A stretch of DNA of 64,000 bases from Dicyema japonicum (taxonomy: Eukaryota > Animalia > Dicyemida): NCBI GenBank assembly GCA_011109175.1, contig RDEW01000022.1, forward strand, positions 814,624 to 878,623. The letters run 5' to 3'. A model generated the notes under the pieces. The model saw nothing but the letters and a program-made list of their open reading frames with translations. It ran no database searches and was not told the origin of the DNA. Below, one piece after another: positions 51,136 through 62,800 of this stretch. Made by a program: the position numbers and the translations under genes. The number at the start of each line of letters is the position of its first letter. The first letter of the stretch is position 1.

Positions 51136-52492
51136 ATTTTTTGGTGTTTGGTTGATTATGTGCTGGTTATCTTAGGTTAGCAACGTATTCTATGATCATT
51201 TAGCCACGTGATGTAAGTATCATCGATTGATATAAATTTAATTATTGGTGAGAGACACATTTGGTGGTCTAAATTTTATTTATGCTCCATTTTTGGAAGT
51301 TAACTTTCAATTTTTCTGAGCAATGAACTGTCGCACGTGGTCATGAATGTAAATTTCGGCAAATTTGTCATTTACGTTTCATTATATTTTTCTGATTTTC
51401 GACGTCTTTTAGATGGGGCAATTCTAAAAAATACCAACAACAAAAATAGGAATTCGCTTTCAGTCGACTCTTACTGACCGTGGCTTCCAAATTTACTGAT
51501 GAATATACCGTTGAATTGACGATAGTCTAAAAACAACTTTGTTTATAATAAGTATTTTTCGACTATTCCGACTGACCATGTTGAACGTTGTAAAGTTAAG
51601 TACTCGGATGTCGCTTAAGTTTGATCGTAATTACGCTCAAAATCTCCGGAGCGGTTGAAATAACTGGTGAGTAATCAATGAAATTGGGACTAAATCGTAG
51701 GAAGGAGTATCAAAGATGTTCTTAATTTCTTTCTTTTGGATTATGTGCAAGTTTTTAGAGACAATCCAGTTGCCTAGTGAGATATCACAGATGACGGCTT
51801 GTCAAACCAGAAAGCATCATATATGCCTAGAACTTTGAACGGAATGGAAGTAGTAAGATTCAATTATGTCGAGCAGTGTACCACCTATGTTTATCCTTAC
51901 ATAATAATGTTGGATTACTGCTTTCTTTTATACTATAGCTAATATTCCATANNNNNNNNNNNNNNNNNNNNNNNNNNNNNNNNNNNNNNNNNNNNNNNNN
52001 NNNNNNNNNNNNNNNNNNNNNNNNNNNNNNNNNNNNNNNNNNNNNNNNNNNNNNNNNNNNNNNNNNNNNNNNNNNNNNNNNNNNNNNNNNNNNNNNNNNN
52101 NNNNNNNNNNNNNNNNNNNNNNNNNNNNNNNNNNNNNNNNNNNNNNNNNNNNNNNNNNNNNNNNNNNNNNNNNNNNNNNNNNNNNNNNNNNNNNNNNNNN
52201 NNNNNNNNNNNNNNNNNNNNNNNNNNNNNNNNNNNNNNNNNNNNNNNNNNNNNNNNNNNNNNNNNNNNNNNNNNNNNNNNNNACCTATGTTTATCCTTAC
52301 ATAATAATGTTGGATTACTGCTTTCTTTTATACTATAGCTAATATTCCATAACCTCTTTTTGAAGTAGAAATAAAAAATTCCAGCTTCTTGAGTAAACGA
52401 TTTCCCGCTTATTCGACCAGCTGTCTCAAAAACATAAATAAATGGCAAAAATCACCATTTAAAAACAAAAGTTAATATATTTACAGAATTCA

Positions 52493-55459
52493 CTAATTGA
52501 GGAATTTTCGACAATTATGAGCCCCACAGAAACAGGGAATCTTGTCCCCTTCTTCCGCACTGAACTTATAGTCGTAGGTAACTTCCTCCCCTCTATGAAT
52601 GTCCCTCTTGGAATAAATGCAAACCTTCTTGTTCCCATCGACCTCCACAACACGTGCACTGCAGTTAGGCTAAGATAATAAAAACAAACAACATTGCAGC
52701 TATGGTTGATAAATCTCGCGAAATTTCCCTCCATAGTCGCATCAATACACCAGAAATCGTCCACTTTGAACAAATACGAGGAATCCACACCACGTGCCAA
52801 ATATCTCTGCTCTCTGACCTCAGCCACACTCATTCGAATGTAACTCCCGACATATTCAATCACTAAATCATCTGCAGGGATGTGTTCATCAGCAAACAAC
52901 CCCCAACTGTGAATTCCACTCCTCCGAAACTTTAGCTGTTTCTTACGAAACTACAAAAATGATTTCCCAAACAAACATTCAGATTGTTGAATTTGAGTTT
53001 TTCCGACACCATGTCCCCACGTGCTGCGAAATAATTGCTCATTCGCTTGTGATCCGAGATGGTAGTCCTCACTGCCTGTGAATCAACCATTTCGTAGCCT
53101 CCCAATCTACTCCCCATCGACTAGATTATTCACAAATCCAACCTTCACAGTATTAACCGTCTTCTGAGACGACCACGTGTCCTTCTGGGCCTTGGACACC
53201 TTTTTCATGGTCTCAATGTCAAGGGTCCGACTACATTCCCCGATGGGTATCTGACTCGACCGCCTCGAAGTCCTCAACTTTTCATTATTCCATAGTTTAG
53301 TGGGGCAATGGTACTCCCAATGGGAATTAAAGACCCACGTGGGGGACTCTTCAGAAGACAACAACTGCTCATAGGCGATCTTCAAATATCTGGTGTCAAT
53401 TATACAAATACCCGATGTCCTCTTGAGAGATCCCCTTAGTGAGGTATTCAGTCACTATGTTCTCATCAGCAGCCTTAGAACGCTTCCTGAAAACACTTCG
53501 ACGTCTTGAGGACTCCTTGATCTCCGATGGGGATAAAAGTGGTTTAACAGTTTTGGCTGATTTAGCATCCACAAAAGGGAGGGCTTCATGTTTCTTATTA
53601 TTGATTTCACGAGGTTCAGAAGAGGAAGATATCATTAAGGGACCATCCTCTGTGGAAGGAACACGTGGGAAATACTCGGGAGATGACATGGGTTCCTTAA
53701 TTTTGATTTTGAGGTCTTCATAGTTTTCCGCCACATCATTTACATTGGATTTCACGGAATTTTCAGAAAAATCCACGAATAAATCGGCCAAATCAACAAC
53801 CACCAATTCACGAATTTCAGATGTCTCCTTTTCACCCTCATGCATCAACTCGGGTATCTTGAACTCTTCGTCAACCTCCTCAATCTTATGTTTTGGTGTC
53901 TCAGGCTTCTCCATGACCAAATTTTCCTTTCCAGAAACAGGATTTTTCTTCCGACTTTCAACTGACGATAGTCTCTGACTACTTCGACGCTTTCTGTCCG
54001 TTCTGGAACGACTCCTATCTCTTCTACGTTTCCTCTTTCGGTCTCTTCTTTCCTCCATCATCTTTTCAGTCTACAATAATATCTCCAGGACACCTTCCGT
54101 TCAAACCACGCGTCAATTCTAGGAAGGACAGTCTCCTTCAGCAGAATATTGGTGATATCTCTTCGTAGCGACGTCTTCAACTCATCCATCACCTTCTCGG
54201 TCACATTCTTCCTAAGACGGTCCTCACTTCGAAATTACTACACAAATACTCGATCTCTTTGACATCCTCGGAGGTATTCATTGACAACCCAAACCGTTTT
54301 ATCACAAAACAGATCTTTTTGCGGCCCCCTTCACCTTCGGGGATCTCATCACATTTATCGAGCCCTTTTTCAGCATAGTCTTTGTCAGATAACTCAAGTG
54401 AACAATTATTCCTCTCATATTTCGATGGTTCCGGACTTTCCCTTATCGAGCCCTTTTTCAGCATAGTCTTTGTCAGATAACTCAAGTGAACAATTATTCC
54501 TCTCATATTTCGATGGTTCCGGACTTTCCCTTAGAGACATGTGCCTCTTTCCACCATCAGCTGAACTTTTCCGACGGGAACTGTTTCGTTTACGGCTTCT
54601 TCTGTGCACTTCCCTTCTCCGGTTCCTTCTTCTGCTAGATTCCCTCTCAGAACTCCTCTTGTGGTCCCTTCGATCTTTTTCACCATGTTCCCTGACAATA
54701 TCTTCGGTTTTGTGGGAACCCGATCTTCCACAGACCTCTTCTGATCTTTCCTCTCCCTTATTGGGTAGACTTTGGTCATCAGTTTCAGAGACCATGTGGT
54801 TTGGCTGGTTTATAATATCCTTAATAATTTTAGCACGCTTCCTTCCTGAAGAATTAAAATACTCCTAACCAAAGGTATCTGGAACCACAGAGACAACGTT
54901 CCCCATCTTGGGTTTGTTGTGTAGACCCTCCACACATCTACCCACGGACTCACAGTCTTTGAAGATGATCTGCATTAGGCCAATGGGCACCTTTCCTACA
55001 CCCAGATGCTGCTTGGTGGTGGGATTCTCATAGATCTTGGCGATCTCGACCTCTCCAAAGGGGGAACATATATCTTTGAGGAACTTGAGGTCACAGTTAT
55101 TGTTCAGATTGCTCAGAGTCACTTCACGACACGGAACTGAGGCTATTTCACGTTTGAGGATAGAGTCTATCACCAGCTTCTGTTTCGTAAGAAAAATAAC
55201 AAACTCTAAATTTTGGGTGTTGAAAGTTCTTCGGGGGATGTATTTCCACCCATGCAGGCTTATTCTTGGTTCGGGGGTCCTCCACTAGTACAGGATAGGC
55301 CTGGGAATTCGACTGGGCTTATAACTCAAGCAATACTCCTTGAACGACTCCCTCCACCCTGAAGACCTTGTGAAGTCCCTGCTTCAAGGCGGGATCTACA
55401 ATGAGCTTGTAGCTCCTCCTTCGTTTAGCAGGAAAAATCTCAGTTGATCGATGATTCAT
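52493..55459 (-). CDS. SETD1: Histone H3K4 methyltransferase SET1 (RRM, N-SET, SET, post-SET)
   Basis: [23 protein letters not shown]...[48 protein letters not shown] and C.CG...CRKFLN* (TAG at 52493-52495). Confidence 0.95.
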
Positions 55460-56179
55460 CAAGTTAGGCCGATTTACTGTTCAGTTTCACAAAACATGTC
55501 ATATAACAATTTGAATATTTATTTATTTTAAAAATTATTTATTTAAATATTTAAATTTTACAAAACCGCAAGAGTTCTTTTAAATTCAAATTTTGACCAA
55601 AATTCACAGAAGGATTTAGTTTACCTGGTGATTTCTGGCTTATTAATAATAATAATTCACAGAGGCAATACAAAAACCCTGTTATAGCGTTCATCTTCCT
55701 GTCATCCGCAAGCACTCCGTGGTATCAAAGTGTTTGGATGAAGCACGTTGGATGAGCTTAGGATATTCAGTGCCTTCTAGGAAGGAAATAAAATTTACTA
55801 AGAACGAATTTTAAATTATGTTCAGTGATCAGGTCTACGTTTTTAAATTGAGTCAGATCAGTGATCAGGTCTACGTGGTGCTGGAATATGACAAATTAGA
55901 GACATTTTAAAGTGGAAAGTAATCTTTGGAATGTCAGGGTATCACCGGATGTGGTTATTTATCAAAGAGGAAATTCAAAGAAATCGTCAAGTGGTAGTCC
56001 TTTTTGAGTGGATAAAGATTTTAACCAAACTTTTAAGTTTATAAGTGATTTTTGTCAGTCTCTTAGTAATTAATAAATCATTGATTTACCCACAACACTA
56101 AGATTTAATTTAGTTTATTAAGTTTTTAAATTTATTAATTTTATAAATTTTAAATTAAATTTATCATTTTTTCCAGAAC

Positions 56180-56300
56180 TTAGGATCAACGTCATACTAT
56201 GACGCTTTTTCTCCAGTGATTCCGTGGATATCCCTGCTAAAACGTGCTGGGATCACGTGATTAGTTAGTTTGTGTAACAGTGGTCTCTCGTGTTATTATT
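56180..56300 (+). mobile_element. LINE 3' end (ends LKRAGIT*)
   Basis: GGG ATC ACG TGA at 56249-56260, then TTAGTTAGTT...GTGGTCT. Confidence 0.55.
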
Positions 56301-57719
56301 CCGTGGATATAGCTATTTTCTATGAGACAAATTTAATCCATTCCCACTTTTCCTGGATATTTGTTTTCCGACGGGACAGAAAATATGGAAGGGGTGGAAG
56401 CCTTTCATAATATTCAGGAAAACGTCTTTGTTAATGAGATCTCTGATAACACATCAGCTCTCTTCCCATCTGATAAACCCTTCGAACAACTCTGGAACAA
56501 GGGGATCTCTCATATCAGACAACATTGACGACTTGATTATCCTTAATAATCCAGGTAAACACTTAGGTACTCCCCTACCTTTTCTTACTGCTTATTCCCT
56601 TTTATCCCTTGGGGTATTATTATAGACTTAAGTACCTACCATAACCAATCATGCTGAGAATTTCACAAAAATGGGAGTTAATTCCTGCAACATTGACTAC
56701 TAGCAACTGCTCACCAAAGTCTGGCCCGTCTTCGGATCCTTTCTGAACAACACTAATAGAGGATTTCTCTTCAATCGCCACTGTTGTGTCTCTTAATGTA
56801 ATAATTTAATTCATTTCTATGGGTTGAGTCCAACACACTTCGCATCTCCTTGCATAGAATCACGGACACTCATACGATGGAGAAACAAACTAAAGGACTT
56901 TGACATACAGTCAACTACCATGAGTGAAACCTGTTCAGAGTCAAATAAAGATAACTACCTTAACATTGGGAGACAAAAAAAAAAAAGATTGGTAGACGTA
57001 CTGACAAAATTCACAAACAAACATGTCTTTCACAACTCTAAAAAGGCTCAAAAAGTCTTATCTATGAAAATGAAGTCTCCTAAGCATCCCTTGAGCCGTT
57101 AGTCCGATCATTTCAAGATTCTCCTCAAGATATAGAAACCTTTTTTATGTAGATTAATCCATGATTCGAAGACAAACCTTATGAGAATGCTAAGTATTTG
57201 TCTCCATCTATTTACAAAAGTTTTATATACGAGTCTCTAACATGACTGCTACATAAAAATAGCCATTTTGTCCTGAATCACCGTTTTCATTAGCTCTATC
57301 AAGTAGTTTTCAACAGTCCTGAAGTCAATATTAATCTTTATCTTCAACACAATTCATTAAGCTTTAACGAAAGCTTGATGCCTGCTCTTCTTGTCTTTTT
57401 TTACCTNATTCGAAAACAAACCGTATGAGAATGCTAAGTATCCGTCTCCATCTATTTACAAAAGTTTTATATACGAGTCTCTAACATGACTGCTACATAA
57501 AATGAGCTATTTTGTCCTGAATCACCGTTTTCATTAGCTCTATCAAGTAGTTTTCTACAGTCCTGAAGTCATCATTAATCTCTATTTTTAACACAATTCA
57601 TCTAGCTTTAACACAAGCTTGATGCCTGCTCTTCTTGTCTTTTTTTACCTGCCCTTAAAGTTTTAAAAATTATCATTAATGTGTAAATATGTTTTTTTTA
57701 ATTTTATTATTATTATTGT

Positions 57720-60700
57720 GTCCGGTTGACAACGACTCCAGGTTGAGAACGATCCGTTATATCGATTTAACCGTTAAAGCCGTTTAACCGTATGACCGAG
57801 AGTAACGATTACCGTTTGAGACGGTTAAATACGACCCATCAGCTTTTCTCGTCATCGAGGAAGTGCTACAGATGAGTCATTCTCTTTGGATAACAAGACG
57901 ACGTATAATACAGAACCTGCTAAACCTGCGAATGATCCTAGAAAACACGACCAAACGGAAGTGTCTAATTCTACGGACGAACCAATGAAAGCTGATCCTA
58001 TAGACAACATGACTCTATTACTCACAGTTCATTCTAATATGAGTGCGACAAAATTTGCGAATGTTCTACAATATTATGACCAATACGGATCTTTGAGGAT
58101 GAGCCACAAAGGACCGGGCTCGTTCCAACTAGATTTCCAGGACAGTTCTCACATGGCCATTTATATGGAGGCCATAAATGAGACCTGTCCTTTTGGAACT
58201 GACAACCACCAATTTAGAACACTCCTAACAAGACCGTGTGAGATTGTCCTTAAGAACTTCCCTTTCTGGGTGAGTGAGGACGACCTCTTGGATTACCTTC
58301 AAGAGATGGCTCCCTCAACTTTGAAGGTAACCCGAATGTCAAGAGGATTGCAGTCTATCCCAATGGCGAAGGCCTCGGTTAGTAGTAATTCGTAGGCCAC
58401 ATCGCTGATACGTTGTGGCTTCTACATTGGATAAAACAAGATCACGTGTTAGTGGATGAGAAGACCCCCTCCTATCTGCTACAATTGCGAACGAATTGGT
58501 CATATCGCCGCACATTGCAAGGAGAAGAAGAGGTGCCTCAAGTGTGGAGGGGAACACGACCTTGTTGTGTGTGAATTTTCNCTATGCCAATGCCGAAGGC
58601 CTCGGTTAGTAGTAATTCGGAGGCCAAATCGCTGATACGTTGTGGCTTCTACATTGGATCGAACAAGATCCCGTTGAGTGGATGAATAGGCCTCCTTTTA
58701 TCTGCTACAATTGCGAACGAATTGGTCATATCGCCGCACATTGCAAGGTGCTTCAAGTGTGGAGGGGAACACGACCTTGTGTGTGAATTTTCTCCAAACG
58801 TGGAGACAAATTGTATTAATTGTGGAGGACCAGGACATAATCTCCGTTACAGAACATGTTCTGCTATGAAAGAGGCATCCAAAAAATTGATTCCCATACA
58901 GACAGTCTAGAAAGGAGACTATCAAGCCAACACAAGAGATGAATTGGACCAATATATCACATATTCAGGATGGGCCGGTGGAGCGGAGTGCTACAAAAAA
59001 ACTTAAGCAGAGCAAGCCAGAAGTTTCCGAGACGGTATCTCGAGAGCTAAGTGAAATAATCGCTCGTCTGAACAACCTATGTACACTGCTGAAAGTGGAT
59101 TTACGGAATTTGGTGGATCTGGGTGTGGAAAGCGCAGGCCACCAACAAAATCTATGAAAAATTATTTAAAAATAGTGCTGGTGAATGCCCGCTCCTTGGT
59201 GAAAAGGCATGGTGAACTAGCGCTACTTGCGAGGAATGCTTAGGTTGATGTCTTAGTAGTCAACGAGACAAAACTTAAACACGGAAAATATTATATTATG
59301 GAAGGATATGACTAGGTAGACATCCAGTGGAAAGATGGAGCATTGGCTGGGACTTCGATCTTTTTCCGTAAAGAATTGCAAACACGGAACGACTCTTATA
59401 TTGACCGCCGATTTGGAATTCGTGTCCGTCGATGTAAAATGCGGAATGACATGGATAAACGTGGGAGGACTATACTCTAAGGACTTGGCCCGATCTTCTG
59501 CGAAAATTGTTGANNNNNNNNNNNNNNNNNNNNNNNNNNNNNNNNNNNNNNNNNNNNNNNNNNNNNNNNNNNNNNNNNNNNNNNNNNNNNNNNNNNNNNN
59601 NNNNNNNNNNNNNNNNNNNNNNNNNNNNNNNNNNNNNNNNNNNNNNNNNNNNNNNNNNNNNNNNNNNNNNNNNNNNNNNNNNNNNNNNNNNNNNNNNNNN
59701 NNNNNNNNNNNNNNNNNNNNNNNNNNNNNNNNNNNNNNNNNNNNNNNNNNNNNNNNNNNNNNNNNNNNNNNNNNNNNNNNNNNNNNNNNNNNNNNNNNNN
59801 NNNNNNNNNNNNNNNNNNNNNNNNNNNNNNNNNNNNNNNNNNNNNNNNNNNNNNNNNNNNNNNNNNNNNNNNNNNNNNNNNNNNNNNNNNNNNNNNNNNN
59901 NNNNNNNNNNNNNNNNNNNNNNNNNNNNNNNNNNNNNNNNNNNNNNNNNNNNNNNNNNNNNNNNNNNNNNNNNNNNNNNNNNNNNNNNNNNNNNNNNNNN
60001 NNNNNNNNNNNNNNNNNNNNNNNNNNNNNNNNNNNNNNNNNNNNNNNNNNNNNNNNNNNNNNNNNNNNNNNNNNNNNNNNNNNNNNNNNNNNNNNNNNNN
60101 NNNNNNNNNNNNNNNNNNNNNNNNNNNNNNNNNNNNNNNNNNNNNNNNNNNNNNNNNNNNNNNNNNNNNNNNNNNNNNNNNNNNNNNNNNNNNNNNNNNN
60201 NNNNNNNNNNNNNNNNNNNNNNNNNNNNNNNNNNNNNNNNNNNNNNNNNNNNNNNNNNNNNNNNNNNNNNNNNNNNNNNNNNNNNNNNNNNNNNNNNNNN
60301 NNNNNNNNNNNNNNNNNNNNNNNNNNNNNNNNNNNNNNNNNNNNNNNNNNNNNNNNNNNNNNNNNNNNNNNNNNNNNNNNNGTCTGAACAACCTATGTAC
60401 ACTGCTGAAAGTGGATTTACGGAATTTGGTGGACCTGGCTGTGGAAAGCGCAGGCCACCAGCAGAAACTTAAAAATATTTAAAATAGTACTGGTAAATGC
60501 CCGCTCCTTAGTGAATAGGCATTGTGAACTAGGGCTACTTGCGAGGAATGCCAAGGTTGATGTACTGGTATTCAACGAGACGAAAATTATCACGGAAGGT
60601 ATTATAGTATGGAAGGATATGACTCGGTGGACATCTCGTGGAAAGATGGAGCAGTGGCTGGGACTGTGACTTCGATCTTTTTCCGTAAAAAATTGCAAAC

Positions 60701-62300
60701 ACGAAACGACTCTATTTTATTGGCCGCCGATGTACATTGTGGAGGGACATGGATAAGCGTGGGAGGACTATACTCTAAGGACTTAGCGCGATCTTCTGCG
60801 AAAATTGTTGAGTTCTCCGGGAGAAACTCAATGTCGATTTTGGTAGAAGACCTGAATGCTAAGAATACGAGCTACGGATGTTGCAAAAACAACGGGGACG
60901 GGCGACTACTAGCAGATCTGGTTAGCGAAATTGGATTTGAAGTCTTGACGCCTGAGAAACCTAACCATTTCTCACACTATGGCGGTGATATGCTGAAATT
61001 GGTCCTAGTATCTCCACAACTTCTTGATCATTGGACAGACCAAGATTATTCTGGGATATAAGGAGTGATCACATCCCACAGGAGGTGACTATATACCTGG
61101 AACCGAATATTGTTGAAGATATTTTCTTGTATTATGATACCTCGTCGATAGACTGGGGACATTATCACTACTATTTGTCGAAGACCCTACGAATGAGGAC
61201 TAATTTTTTTCCCACATCAGAGGAGCTGGACGTTTTTAACTGGGAACTATTTAATATTATGCTGGTGTATCTGCGATTGTATGGAAAGAAGGTCTACTCC
61301 AAGAACTTTTCGAAGAACAACCAGTCTTGCCCACCTACAATACGGAATCTTATTCGTGAGAGGAATACTCTGAAGGCGAAGCACAGACGTTGTGTAGATT
61401 TGTGGAACAAGAGAACCCTGAAAAGCAAAAATTATTGGAAAGTAGCTGCGGAAAATAGATTGAAGAATGCAGTCTCAAAAGTTAACTGGAAGAACCCTTG
61501 TTTCTGGAAAATGTACAGAAGGCTTATCAATGGAGATTTAAAGGCGAAAAGTGTTGTGCTGGCCGATCCTAAGGGAAGGACAATTCCTTTGGAAAGAGTA
61601 CCTTCGGTGTTCAGGAAACAGCTAGAGAATATACAGGGAGTTGACCCTCTTAGTATTATACCTGAGAAGTTTTCAGAAGAGATATCTAATTTTATGGATT
61701 ACTCTATGGGCGAGCTGGAAAGTCTGGGAGTGCAAGAACAAGGCTCCTGGATTCGACAGCATTCCCATGATTATGTTTAAAGAAGGGTCCGATGTACTAT
61801 TATTTGTTCTACAAAAGATGCGTAACTCGAGTTTTAAGCTCAGACGTGTTCCTTCGCTATGGAAGCGTTCTATTGTGGAGATGATCCTCAAATCTGGAAA
61901 GTCGAGGAAGGATCCTCTTAGTTATAGACCAAAAAGCCTTATATGCTCTACATCAAAGATTATGGAACAAATCGTATTCAAGAGATTGAATCAGTATATA
62001 GAAGAAAGTATCTTTCTACGACCTTACCAATGGGGTTTTCGTCCATGGAAATCTTGCGGAAATTGTATTCACTAAATTACGAAATTACAAATGCATTTAA
62101 AAAGTCAGTTAAGCCTTGTTTGCCCTGACATCTCGAAGGCGTTCGACAGTGTATGGCACGAAGCCTTACTTTGTCAAAATGTACGATCAAAGATATTCAA
62201 ACAAATGTTCATATGGTTGAAAAACTATTTGACTGGGGATATCGTATGTGGTAGTCGGTGGAATATTCTGATGGTATATCGTTTTGGTTATTAAAATGTC
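57720..62300 (+). mobile_element. Near full-length I/Jockey-group LINE (gag-like ORF1 plus APE-RT ORF2), degenerate and gapped
   Basis: ORF1 has three CCHC-like knuckles (CYNCERIGH...C, CFKCGGEH...C, CINCGGPGH). ORF2 has VNARSL..VLVFNET, KAPGFDSI, SYRPKSL, YQWGFRP and DISKAFDSVWH. Confidence 0.9.
59514..60381. other. Assembly gap (other N runs at about 17.2-17.3, 41.8-42.0 and 52.0-52.3 kb)
   Basis: Runs of N; the flanks overlap each other. Confidence 1.
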
Positions 62301-62339
62301 TCCAACAAAACTTGGAGAATGAATCAAGTCCAACCAAAA

Positions 62340-62800
62340 GCCATGCATAATTCTCATTATCGTCAGCATAATGACACTAATCAATTATATCAAAAATATA
62401 TCTAATATTAGACTGAAATGTTACCTTTCTCTGACTGAATACGCTCAGATAAGTGTTATCGATGGTCTGGTATTCATAAGCTGTCTTGCTTGACATTGGG
62501 GACAGGATTTAATCACTGAATGACTTCATTTCTGTACGATCCATAAACAAGATCTTTCAGAAGAAAGATCAGTCCATCTCGACCAGGATGTCCATTTTTA
62601 AGGAGTATATTTTCAATAAAAAGTTTCTTTTGCTCTACTTCTTCTACAGAAATTGTATGCAATAGAATCCCGGATGTTTTTTTTCGAATCAGACAACCGA
62701 AATGATGACGCCGTCCTTCTAAAATTCGACATATTCTGTATCTTTCCTTTAGGTAAAATACCATCTTTGATAAAAGCAATAATTTCATTCTAACTCTCGA
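62340..62800 (-). mobile_element. Ginger2-like integrase N-terminal fragment
   Basis: GHPGRDGL...IKSCPQCQAR (HHCC finger), then the start of the integrase core. Confidence 0.65.

Noticed and set aside
54355-54530. Exact 88-bp tandem duplication in SETD1
   Set aside because: Non-3n duplication upstream of an intact SET domain; probable assembly artefact.
53439-54868. Plus-strand Ser/Leu-rich ORFs (53439-53723, 53745-53978, 54470-54868)
   Set aside because: Antisense shadows of the Arg/Ser/Glu-rich low-complexity region of SETD1.
183-55459. Possible stop-codon reassignment, suggested by in-frame TAA/TAG within genes
   Set aside because: Stops fall in removable 22-25 nt introns. SETD1 (TAG), DAP3 and SERP1 (TAA) and myophilin (TGA) end at their expected C-termini.
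55620-57650. Coding-like fragments upstream of SETD1 and ORF 56824-57102
   Set aside because: Could be decayed transposase or gene remnants, but no diagnostic motif supports a call.
4968-58800. Tandem near-identical duplications flanking single Ns (5146, 5879, 6196, 11475, 12898, 15374, 18587, 28292, 37159, 43007, 57407, 58581)
   Set aside because: Each junction is marked by an N and the copies differ by SNP-like changes, the pattern of overlapping allelic contigs joined by a scaffolder rather than real repeats.
59335-60472. Long ORFs of 300-350 aa in the ORF track (also near 17.0-17.6, 41.4-42.1 and 51.9-52.4 kb)
   Set aside because: They are open only because they run through N gaps.
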